Positions 1-7,950 of a DNA stretch of 32,000 nt are shown here, piece by piece. Under the pieces are notes generated by a model. The model was not told the origin of the DNA and ran no database searches. It saw only the letters and a list, made by a program, of their open reading frames with translations. The stretch's first letter is position 1, and every line of letters starts with the position of its first letter. Origin of the DNA: Methanobacterium aggregans (lineage in GTDB: Archaea; Methanobacteriota; Methanobacteria; Methanobacteriales; Methanobacteriaceae); assembly GCF_017874455.1 (NCBI RefSeq), contig NZ_JAGGLN010000002.1:406248-438247 (forward strand). The letters run 5' to 3'. The translations under genes and the position numbers were made by a program.

Positions 1-569
1 TGTCTTGATGAGTAAGCTGTACTGTACTGAACTATCCTTGCACTTATACCAGCTGCTTTGAGCTTGCTGTAAAGATAAGCACTCATCGCCCAACAGTCTC
101 CACTTCCAATACTCTGCATTGCAGCCGCTGTATGTGCTGAGCTGCTGTAGCCGTACCTTGCACCACTTTTAAGGATCTGAGCTGTGGTTGAAGAGGAACT
201 GATACTGTAGGTTGTGGTCGTTGTTTTGGAAACAGACGCTGCTTTAGCTGTTTTGTAGTAAACCTTTTTGTAGGTCACGACCTTCGTGTACTTGTAGTAC
301 TTCTTGTACTTGTAGTACTTTTTATGGTTCTTGTAGTAAGCTACTTTCTTGTAGTAAGCCACCTTCTTGTAGGTCACAACTTTCTTGTAATAGTAAGAAG
401 CTGCACTGGCTTCTGCAACACTTCCACTGTTTCCATTTGAATTTAAACTAACTTTTTCTTGTACGCTTAGCGTACCTTGGCTCTGATCTCCTGCTCCCAT
501 TGATCCTGGGATAATGCAGATAGCAATAGCTACAGCAAATAGAAGTGCGCCAACATTAAGTCGCCTAAT
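1..569 (-). CDS. Secreted Tyr/Lys-repeat protein with transglutaminase-like Cys core, paralog A (3' end cut by window edge)
   Basis: The minus-strand frame is open from the window edge. It translates to IIRRLNVGALLFAVAIAICIIPGSMG (signal-peptide-like), SNGNSGS, a YYYKKVVTYKKVAYYKKVAYYKNHKKYYKYKKYYKY repeat, an S/T-rich linker and GSGDCWAMSAYLYSKLKAAGISARIVQYSTAYSSRH. It aligns along its whole length with the 1362..1958 gene. GGAGG lies at 581-577. An in-frame TAA sits 10 codons upstream, and no ATG/GTG/TTG precedes the signal peptide. Start assigned to ATT 569-567 (ATA 572-570 also possible). Confidence 0.7.
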   Translation of the reverse strand, partial: MRRLNVGALLFAVAIAICIIPGSMGAGDQSQGTLSVQEKVSLNSNGNSGSVAEASAASYYYKKVVTYKKVAYYKKVAYYKNHKKYYKYKKYYKYTKVVTYKKVYYKTAKAASVSKTTTTTYSISSSSTTAQILKSGARYGYSSSAHTAAAMQSIGSGDCWAMSAYLYSKLKAAGISARIVQYSTAYSSR

Positions 570-584
570 TATACCGCCTCCGAA

Positions 585-606
585 CCTATAATGCTTTGAT
601 TATAGG
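585..606 (-). promoter_or_regulatory. 5' leader hairpin immediately upstream of the SD of paralog A
   Basis: Perfect 8-bp inverted repeat CCTATAAT (585-592) / ATTATAGG (599-606) with a 6-nt loop. The same structure is conserved upstream of paralog B, with one loop substitution. Confidence 0.45.
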
Positions 607-641
607 AATCTTTTTGGATAACATTAGGTCAACCTCAGGCA

Positions 642-650
642 CATATAAAG
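642..650 (-). promoter_or_regulatory. Candidate archaeal TATA box for paralog A
   Basis: The minus strand reads aaaCCTTTATATGtg about 75 nt upstream of the proposed start. The block aatttccaaaaaa...aaaggttttgattt is conserved with the paralog B upstream region. Confidence 0.45.
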
Positions 651-1361
651 GTTTTGATTTAATTTCCAAAAAACGGCCATTATAGAGTCCCTTTTTAGAT
701 TTAAAACGCTTTAAATGGATATTTAAATGAAGGATTTGGAAGAAGGTCATTTTATTGACACTTTTAAGAAACAACCATAGTTTTAGGACTGTTTCAAAAA
801 AATAAGCCCATTCAATATGTTTTTGTTTGCAGTTACCCCACCGTAATCAATTGACAAATAATATTTAAACTCCGTTGACTTTAAAAAGTTTTTTTAAGAG
901 CTTTTTTGATTCAAAGAGGGATTTATAAATAAATAAATAAAAAATAACTCATTTGAGAAGTTTTTTAAAATTTGAACTGAATCCTGATATAACGAACAAA
1001 ATGCTTCTTTATTGAAGATGTTCATGGTTTGGAAGTTATTACTAAGGATCATGCCAGATGAATTGGTTATGAACTGTTCAATGATCATCATCCATGCAGG
1101 TAGAAAAAAAGCTTATTAAACCTTATTAAAATTTTATTAAAAATATTTCATTAAATAATTCCGAAATGGAATGAAACATGAACCATTCAAACAATTAAAA
1201 TAGAAAATATGGGGGACAGATCCCTCTGCCCTCCCAAGTACGTTTATATTCCCTATATCTCACTGAACTTCAATGTTTTTCTCTGTTACCATATGGGCAA
1301 CGATACATTGGGTATGCTTGATGCAATACCATCTGAGCTCGAGTTTTCACTTGTAAAACAC

Positions 1362-1958
1362 TTAATTTGTACTTACCACAAACATTCCAGGTTTCGAAGA
1401 TGTTGCGTAGTATACCTTTTTGTAACCATTGGCTTTGTAGTTGTAGTCAACCCATTTACCGTTCTTGTACAGCTGAATAGATCTGTGCCTTGAGGACAGA
1501 CTTGTTCTGTACTGTATGATCCTAGCTTTAACATGGGCTTTGGTTAGTTGACTCATTAGAACTGCACTGTTAGTCCAACAGTCACCTACACCCTTACCTG
1601 AAGAGGAGTAAGAGTAAGTGTAAACTGATGCTGCTTTCACTGATCTGTAGACCTTCTTGTAGGAGGTAACCTTCTTGTACTTGTAGTACTTCTTGTATTT
1701 GTAGTACTTTTTATGGTGTTTGTAGTAAGCTACTTTCTTGTAGTAAGCCACCTTTTTGTAGTAGGTAACTTTCTTGTAGTAGTAAGAAGCTGCACTGGCT
1801 TGTGCAACACTTCCACTGTTTCCATTGGAATTTAAACTAATTTTATCTTGTACGCTTAACGTACCTTGGCTCTGATCTATGGTTCCCAATGATCCTGGGA
1901 CAATACATATAGCAAAAGCTAATGCACATAGAAGTGCGCCAATATGTAGTCGCCTAAT
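1362..1958 (-). CDS. Secreted Tyr/Lys-repeat protein with minimal transglutaminase/papain-like Cys-His core, paralog B (complete)
   Basis: The ORF track gives 1362..1889 from a TTG. The frame stays open upstream and encodes IIRRLHIGALLCALAFAICIVPGSLG (n-region RR, hydrophobic core). GGAGG at 1970-1966 is followed by cggtATAATT. The body has YYYKKVTYYKKVAYYKKVAYYKHHKKYYKYKKYYKYKKVTSYKKVY repeats. The C-terminus reads GVGDCWTNSAVLMSQLTKAHVKARIIQY...SRHRSIQLYKNGKWVDYN, which fits the G-x-C...ARI...H-x-x-x-x-Y..G-x-W pattern of transglutaminase-like cores. Confidence 0.75.
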   Translation of the reverse strand: MRRLHIGALLCALAFAICIVPGSLGTIDQSQGTLSVQDKISLNSNGNSGSVAQASAASYYYKKVTYYKKVAYYKKVAYYKHHKKYYKYKKYYKYKKVTSYKKVYRSVKAASVYTYSYSSSGKGVGDCWTNSAVLMSQLTKAHVKARIIQYRTSLSSRHRSIQLYKNGKWVDYNYKANGYKKVYYATSSKPGMFVVSTN

Positions 1959-1973
1959 TATACCGCCTCCATA

Positions 1974-1995
1974 CCTATAATACTTTGATTATAGG
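1974..1995 (-). promoter_or_regulatory. 5' leader hairpin upstream of the SD of paralog B
   Basis: CCTATAAT (1974-1981) / ATTATAGG (1988-1995), loop actttg. Same position relative to GGAGG as in paralog A. Confidence 0.45.
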
Positions 1996-2028
1996 AATCT
2001 TTGGATACAATGGGATCATCGTCGTGCA

Positions 2029-2036
2029 TATATAAA
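2029..2036 (-). promoter_or_regulatory. Candidate archaeal TATA box for paralog B
   Basis: The minus strand reads aaaCCTTTATATAtg, matching the TTTATATA archaeal consensus, about 75 nt upstream of the proposed start. Flanks are conserved with paralog A out to tttagatttaaaacgcttt (about 2098 / 715). Confidence 0.5.
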
Positions 2037-2814
2037 GGTTTTGATTTAATTTCCAAAAAAAGGCACGTAGCATGCTCTTTTTTAGATTTAAAACGCTTTC
2101 TGAGGTTATTGAAGTAGATGATCTTGGATAAGGATTATCCATTGTTATTTCTAGTAAATCAGCTTATTTTAAAGTCCATTCCTCCAAAATACCCATATGC
2201 GATCCTTTTGTAGAGAGGTAAATACATTCCGATTGAACTATAATTTATGAAATTCCTTTTTTTAAATAGATATCTTGTTTTTAGGGATTAAATAACCATA
2301 TAACCATTTAAAACAGAGATAGCCCTAAATCAGATTATTCTAAAAGGATTTAATATAAAATTTAAAAATCTTAATAAAAGCCTTGAAAGCTTGAAAAAAT
2401 CGCCTAAAATTTTACATAATTTCAAAGGATTCCTATTAACATGCATTATTAAAAGTATGAATTTATTGAGTGATGAATCATCCAGATAGATGTGAATTAT
2501 GGCACGAACATATATAGATTCCATGAAAAATGGTGATTCTTACTAAATTTTCCAAGGGGTTTTTAGTAGATTTATATTACTTTACAGAGAATTAATATTA
2601 ATTTTTATATTGATTTTTATTGAAAACATCACGGATCTTTAAGGATCTTTTGATTTACACAACTACCGAATAGACACATCTATATATATATTACAAAGCA
2701 ACTCACCAACAATTCATTATAAATATAATACAATCCAATTTTAATGAAACGTAGTCTACGTTATAAAGAATTATTTTGAATGTTATATTTTAATATCACA
2801 AATTGAATGATACT

Positions 2815-3729
2815 ATGCTGCTTAAAGATGAAGATAAAAGGGACCTCGAAAAGAAGGGTTACAGATTTGCAGGTGAACACAGACATGCAGCTGCAAAGGT
2901 CTGCCACTGGACCCGTAAAAGTCTGGTGGATGAAGGAGTATGTTACAAAGAAAGGTTCTATGGTATCAAAAGCCACAGATGTCTCCAGATGTCCCCAAGC
3001 ATTCCATTCTGTCACCATAAATGTCTCTTCTGCTGGAGGGATGTTTCCATAACCAAGACAGAGTGGGTTGAAGAGTACGATGAACCAAAAACCATTATAG
3101 ATGACTGCATTGAGAATCAGAGAAATCTTCTCTGCGGCTACTTTGGAAACTCAAAGGCCAACATGAAAAAACTTCAGGAAGCCCAGGATCCTAAAAATGC
3201 TGCAATATCCCTTGCAGGAGAACCCATGCTCTACCCAGAAATAGATGGACTTCTTGAAGAGTTTAAAAGAAGAGACTTCACAACCTTTCTCGTTACCAAT
3301 GGAATGACACCCTCTAAACTGAAAGAACTTGAAACAGAACCCACCCAACTCTACGTGTCCCTCGATGCACCCAATGAAAAGGATTATAAAAGCCTGTGCC
3401 AACCACAGGTTGATAATGGTTGGAAGCTTCTGAATGAATCCCTTGAACTTTTATCAAGCTTCGATTGTAGAACAGTTCTCAGAACAACCTGCGTTAAGGG
3501 CTACAACATGATGAAACCTGAAGGTTATGCAGAACTAATCAGAAGGAGCAATCCAGATTTTGTTGAGATAAAGGCATACATGTACGTTGGAAATTCCAGG
3601 CAGCGCCTTGAACTTGGAAACATGCCTTCCTTCAGTGAGGTTAAAGAATTTGCAGAATCTGTTGCAAAATTATGCGGCAGAGAAGTGGTTGATGAAGCCT
3701 ATGAAAGCCGTGTTGTTCTCCTATCATGA
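2815..3729 (+). CDS. taw1: tRNA 4-demethylwyosine synthase (radical SAM, Taw1/TYW1 family)
   Basis: HAAAKVCHWTRKSL..CYKERFYGIKSHRCLQMSP..FCHHKCLFCWR (CxxxCxxC radical-SAM cluster) and a C-terminal EIKAYMYVGNSRQRL wyosine-family motif. The ORF is open from TTG 2803; ATG 2815 is the preferred start. Confidence 0.9.
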   Translation: MLLKDEDKRDLEKKGYRFAGEHRHAAAKVCHWTRKSLVDEGVCYKERFYGIKSHRCLQMSPSIPFCHHKCLFCWRDVSITKTEWVEEYDEPKTIIDDCIENQRNLLCGYFGNSKANMKKLQEAQDPKNAAISLAGEPMLYPEIDGLLEEFKRRDFTTFLVTNGMTPSKLKELETEPTQLYVSLDAPNEKDYKSLCQPQVDNGWKLLNESLELLSSFDCRTVLRTTCVKGYNMMKPEGYAELIRRSNPDFVEIKAYMYVGNSRQRLELGNMPSFSEVKEFAESVAKLCGREVVDEAYESRVVLLS

Positions 3730-3807
3730 TTTTAGTTAATATATGATATTTATATTATCTATAATCTACATTTCAACGGTTTTATGTGATTACATCATCC
3801 ATTACAT

Positions 3808-3839
3808 TTGATTATTTCATTTTTTGATTATTTCATTTT
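3808..3839. repeat. Perfect 2 x 16-bp tandem duplication (ttgattatttcatttt) in an intergenic region
   Basis: 3808-3823 and 3824-3839 are identical by direct reading. The repeat lies between taw1 and the DUF1002-like gene. Confidence 0.8.
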
Positions 3840-4014
3840 AATCATTACTCTCTGAATTCATGATTCATTTTAGGATTGCATTCAACTATTTTTTTTAATA
3901 ATTCAAATCCAAGTTTTTATAGGAATTAAAAATGATTTTAGGAATTTATACACTCCACAAAATTTAATTAAGATATTAATCATAAGTACATGAAAATATG
4001 AAAGGAGTGTTAAC

Positions 4015-4887
4015 ATGAAGAAACTAGCAGTTGGATTGATTTTGATACTCGTATCTTTAAGTCCCATATACGCCACTTCAGGATTTGCAGTAACCTACGG
4101 TGAGGCAACTTACTCAAACCCTGCCTGGAAAAATTCAGTTACAAGTTACTTCCAGTCCCACACAGATAAAAACATCAGCGATGCAACTTCAAAGGTTATT
4201 ACTGCATCTGAAGTGAATACCGTGTCCAAGGGTGTTACAGGGAAAACTTACAGCTCAAGTCAGATATATTCCTGTGCAATGGTGGATCTCAGCTACTCAA
4301 ATGGAATAAAGATCGTGGTGGATAAAAGTAAGATAAGTGTTGTAACACCTAAAATGTATGCAAATGCACTTAAATCAACTGGAATAACAAATGGATACGT
4401 TGTTGTAACATCACCAGTCACTGCTTCAGGTGAATCTGCACTTGCAGGTGTGCTTAAATCCTACGAAATTGCAGTTGGAACTTCAATACCAGAACAGGCT
4501 AAAAAAGCAGCCACCGAAGAACTTTACACTGAAACACAGATAGTTAACCAGACAGGACAGAGTGGAGATAACGTGGCAACCCTCTTCGATAAGGTGAAGA
4601 CTGAAGCAACGAACCAGAACACCCAGGATCCTGCCCAGATAAAAGTTATAGTCGTGAACATTGCAAACAACATGAACATCAACCTAACGGATAGCCAGGC
4701 CCAGCAAATTGCAGATGCAGTTGCAGGTTCTCTGCAGGCTCAGTCAAGTCTTACTGACTTTAAGAATCAACTTCAAAGTGTTACAGATCAGGCCAGTCAG
4801 TCAAGTGGAATACTGAATCAGATATGGAATTATCTACAGGGACTTTATGATTATTTGGCAGGGGTTGTCTCAGGTCAAAGTCTGTGA
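4015..4887 (+). CDS. Secreted protein, YpuA/DUF1002-like extracellular domain
   Basis: SD GGAGTG 6 nt upstream. Signal peptide MKKLAVGLILILVSLSPIYA. ISVVTPKMYANALKSTGITNGYVVVTSPVTASGESALAGVLKSYEIAVG..IPEQAKKAATEEL matches my recollection of the conserved DUF1002 core (..MYaNAL.TaGi....V.v.aP..vSGtaALtGi.KayE). The C-terminal part is Q/S-rich and helical. Confidence 0.65.
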   Translation: MKKLAVGLILILVSLSPIYATSGFAVTYGEATYSNPAWKNSVTSYFQSHTDKNISDATSKVITASEVNTVSKGVTGKTYSSSQIYSCAMVDLSYSNGIKIVVDKSKISVVTPKMYANALKSTGITNGYVVVTSPVTASGESALAGVLKSYEIAVGTSIPEQAKKAATEELYTETQIVNQTGQSGDNVATLFDKVKTEATNQNTQDPAQIKVIVVNIANNMNINLTDSQAQQIADAVAGSLQAQSSLTDFKNQLQSVTDQASQSSGILNQIWNYLQGLYDYLAGVVSGQSL

Positions 4888-5160
4888 TCCCCACATCTCT
4901 TTTTTAAATATCCTTTAAATTTGGTTGAATAATCACATCAAGGTATCAAATCCCATGAAATTATGAATGAAAAGGGTATGGATGGAATGAATCCCTTGAA
5001 TAAATTAAACTGCCTTAAAGAAAATTAGATAGATACAATATTAACTGTGCAAAGATAATTTAAAAGTGAACCAATTATAATTATAATCCTGTAATACATT
5101 AAAAAAAATCAAAGAATAATTCCTTTAATTACAGATCATATTATTAGTACTGATTTAATA

Positions 5161-6252
5161 GTGATAAACATGCTTATAGCTCAAAACCATCTTCAGCTCA
5201 TATTGGAAGTCGCAATAATGATTCATGTTGGAGTACTTCTCCTTTTCAATATAATAACCATCCCATTGAGTATGGTTCTCTTCCTTTCATTGTTATTAAC
5301 TGCCCTACTGGCACTGGTATTTGGATTGGATGCAACCTTCCTTTTTTTACCATTTCTCTCGCACCATGAATTCACCCACCCCTTCGGCCCTCTGGCTGTT
5401 TTTGGATGGGTAACCCTTGCTGCATCTGCAAGTCTCTTGAGTGAAGTGGACATTAAATCATCGTCCATCAAGGCACTTTCTTACATCCTTTTCTTTGTTA
5501 TAGCAGTTGCAGGAGGCCTTATGCACAGATCATTCCTGTTACTGTGGTTCCTTGGATGGATCATTGGAACCGTTATAATGTCCAAGAGCTTCAAAAGAAC
5601 GTCTCAAATTACTCCAAAAAGAGTAATAGGCCTGTTAATTGTGGCTTTGGGAAGTTTTGGAGTGCTGGAACTGTTTTCAAGGATCTTCAACAAAGCCGTG
5701 CTGAGCCCACTCTTGAGAATTTCACGTCTTGAAGATAATGCAATGCCCAGCCTAGGTATGGTTGTTCATAACACCACATTCTGGGGGCATGTGCAGGGTT
5801 CCTGCTACTGGGGAGCCAACTGTCTTGGAGGATCCGATGGCTACATATCCCTCCCAATGAACCTCATAAATTTATTCACACTTCCACTTCCACTCTTCTT
5901 TGGAGTGCTTGTTACAAAAAAGGATGTAATAGATTACATGCTCCCTGGAATATTTGGAATAGCATTCGACTTTGGATACGGAAGTTTAATACTCTTCCTT
6001 GGCTGGTGCCTCCTTGTAATGTTCACAGGATTTTACATACTCAGGAAATATAGAAGCACACGTAAAAATGGGAGTAGAAGATATCTGGGCCGTGAAGCAC
6101 TTTTAATAGGTGCTCTGACAGCATTCATTTGCCAGACCATCATAGGACTGTTCCTCTTTAACAGAACCATCAATGGATCTGCAATGCTGACTTACATGAT
6201 GCTTTCAGCACTTGTTATGGCCCATGTTGTTAACGTTAAAACTAGAGTGTGA
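5161..6252 (+). CDS. Polytopic integral membrane protein, unknown function
   Basis: A 363-aa ORF with about 9-10 hydrophobic segments and a Cys-containing loop (FWGHVQGSCYWGANCLGGSDGYISLP). No family recognised. The start is uncertain (GTG 5161 or ATG 5170). Confidence 0.5.
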   Translation: MINMLIAQNHLQLILEVAIMIHVGVLLLFNIITIPLSMVLFLSLLLTALLALVFGLDATFLFLPFLSHHEFTHPFGPLAVFGWVTLAASASLLSEVDIKSSSIKALSYILFFVIAVAGGLMHRSFLLLWFLGWIIGTVIMSKSFKRTSQITPKRVIGLLIVALGSFGVLELFSRIFNKAVLSPLLRISRLEDNAMPSLGMVVHNTTFWGHVQGSCYWGANCLGGSDGYISLPMNLINLFTLPLPLFFGVLVTKKDVIDYMLPGIFGIAFDFGYGSLILFLGWCLLVMFTGFYILRKYRSTRKNGSRRYLGREALLIGALTAFICQTIIGLFLFNRTINGSAMLTYMMLSALVMAHVVNVKTRV

Positions 6253-6483
6253 TTTAAAGATTTAGAACAATTAATAATTGAAATCAGGTAGGTTTCAATT
6301 TATTAAGTTTTTGTACTGGAAATTAGTTCTTTTACTAAGTAAACTACCTTATTCCATTATTTTATTGGCCAATAGTCTAATTCTAAAAATCATAATATCA
6401 GTATCCTAGGAATTATTTTTTTACCTTAACTTTTTTAGCCAAATGAATTTTAAAGAAATATTGAATTAAAGCATAGAGAAATA

Positions 6484-6531
6484 AATTAAAAATTAAAATA
6501 ATTAAAAATTAAAATAATTAAAAATTAAAAT
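6484..6531. repeat. Perfect 3 x 16-bp tandem repeat (aattaaaaattaaaat)
   Basis: The copies at 6484-6499, 6500-6515 and 6516-6531 are identical. They lie in the convergent intergenic region between the membrane-protein gene and sucC. Confidence 0.9.
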
Positions 6532-6834
6532 AAAACTTTTCTGAATTAAAAGAATTGACATGAAAAGTGGGTAATAATACTCTTCAGTATGTCTAACTTC
6601 AGGTGTAACATCCTTAACTTATGAAGATTCTAGGTATATACCACTCATTCTTGATAGGTGGGATGAAGTGGATCATTGAATTTAAACAACAACAACTCTC
6701 AGAATTAATGACGTTCCATATTGAACTATGTGAAATATTAAGAGTTCTTTTAAAATAAAAGTAGGAAAAGGATTAGGTTAAAATGAAAGGATGGGTTGAA
6801 AAAGATATTTGAAAAATGTTAAAATAAAAGGTGT

Positions 6835-7950
6835 TCAAGTCATGGACTTGCAGATGTCAACTGCCTTTTTTGCAGCTTCTTCCATGGAAGTTTCGAATGA
6901 AAGTCCTGCTTCAGCAAGTATTTTCTGACCTTCCTCTTCATTTGTACCTGTTAACCTTATGACAATTGGAACTTTACGGTTGGAAGAGTTCATAACATCA
7001 AGAACACCCCTTGCAACATCATCAGCCCGAGTTATACCACCCAACACATTTAAAAACACAACTTTGACATTTTCATCTGAGATAACAATGTTCAACGCCT
7101 TTGCAATACTCTCTTCCGATGCACCACCACCTATATCCAGGAAAGTGGCAGGTTTACCTCCATAAATGTGTAACATGTCCATTCCACTGAGTGTAAGGCC
7201 TGCACCGTTTCCAATAACCGCAATATTTCCCTTGAGTTTAACGTATGCAAATTCAGGTTTATGCACATGTTCAAGTTCTGCAAGCTTTTTCTGCCTGTAA
7301 AAAGCATCATCATCCACTTCAAATTTAGCATCAGCTGCAAAAAGTTCCTCCCCTGTAAATACTAGGGGGTTTATTTCAGCTATGGTTAAATCATAGTCCT
7401 TAAATGCCTGGAAGAGTTTCCAAATTATTGAACCAACCTTGGAGATCAAGTGGCTTGGAACACCCATTTTAATGGCAACTTCCCTTGCCTGGTAGGGTAA
7501 AAACTCTTCAAGTGGGTTTAAATAGTACTTGATTATTTTTTCAGGGGTTTTCTTGGCAACTTCCTCAATATCCACACCACCCTGAAGACTTGCCAGTACC
7601 AGAGGTTTTTTGGTTGACCTGTCCAAAACAACACTGACATAAAATTCTGATTGGATGTTCAGTTTTTCCTCCACAAGCACTATTTCAACAGGTTCTCCAT
7701 TCACCTCTGATCCAAGAAGCCCTTCTGCTACAACGTAAGCTTCAGCTGGTGTTTCTGCAAATTTTATTCCCCCAGCTTTACCCCTACCCCCTACAAGTAC
7801 CTGGGATTTGATGGCAACAGGTTTTCCTATAGTTTCAGCTGCTTTTTGAGCTTTCTCTGGGTTTTCTGCAATGATACTCTCAGGCACAGGAATTCCCTCT
7901 ACCTGAAATATTTTTTTAGCTATGTACTCATGAATTTTCAAGTTAATCAT
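6835..7950 (-). CDS. sucC: Succinyl-CoA synthetase (ADP-forming) beta subunit
   Basis: MINLKIHEYIAKKIFQVEGIPVP ATP-grasp N-terminus, VLVGGRGKAGGIKF, and GNIAVIGNGAGLTLSGMD / FLDIGGGAS ligase-CoA motifs. The start overlaps the korC stop by 8 nt. Oligo-T tracts follow the stop. Confidence 0.93.
   Translation of the reverse strand: MINLKIHEYIAKKIFQVEGIPVPESIIAENPEKAQKAAETIGKPVAIKSQVLVGGRGKAGGIKFAETPAEAYVVAEGLLGSEVNGEPVEIVLVEEKLNIQSEFYVSVVLDRSTKKPLVLASLQGGVDIEEVAKKTPEKIIKYYLNPLEEFLPYQAREVAIKMGVPSHLISKVGSIIWKLFQAFKDYDLTIAEINPLVFTGEELFAADAKFEVDDDAFYRQKKLAELEHVHKPEFAYVKLKGNIAVIGNGAGLTLSGMDMLHIYGGKPATFLDIGGGASEESIAKALNIVISDENVKVVFLNVLGGITRADDVARGVLDVMNSSNRKVPIVIRLTGTNEEEGQKILAEAGLSFETSMEEAAKKAVDICKSMT

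Noticed and set aside
586-1091. Small minus-strand ORFs 586..774 and 894..1091 (also 2330..2524 and 2761..3018)
   Set aside because: They lie in AT-rich promoter or intergenic DNA. 586..774 runs through the conserved promoter-leader block of paralog A in another frame. They have I/K/N/F-rich composition and no SD.
1209-1493. 94-aa plus-strand ORF between the paralogs
   Set aside because: Its 3' half overlaps the conserved C-terminal transglutaminase-like module of the minus-strand gene (1362..1958). It has no SD and no paralogous counterpart.
6484-6531. Possible CRISPR array or mini-array
   Set aside because: The three 16-bp units are directly abutting with no spacers, are pure A/T, and no cas genes are present. 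This is a simple tandem repeat.
6621-6758. 45-aa plus-strand ORF MKILGIYHSFLIGGMKW... in the sucC-distal intergenic region
   Set aside because: The N-terminus superficially resembles many enzyme N-termini, but the ORF is short. The nearest AGGTG is about 15 nt away, which is poor spacing, and there is no supporting motif. It could be a gene fragment, but that cannot be supported from sequence alone.
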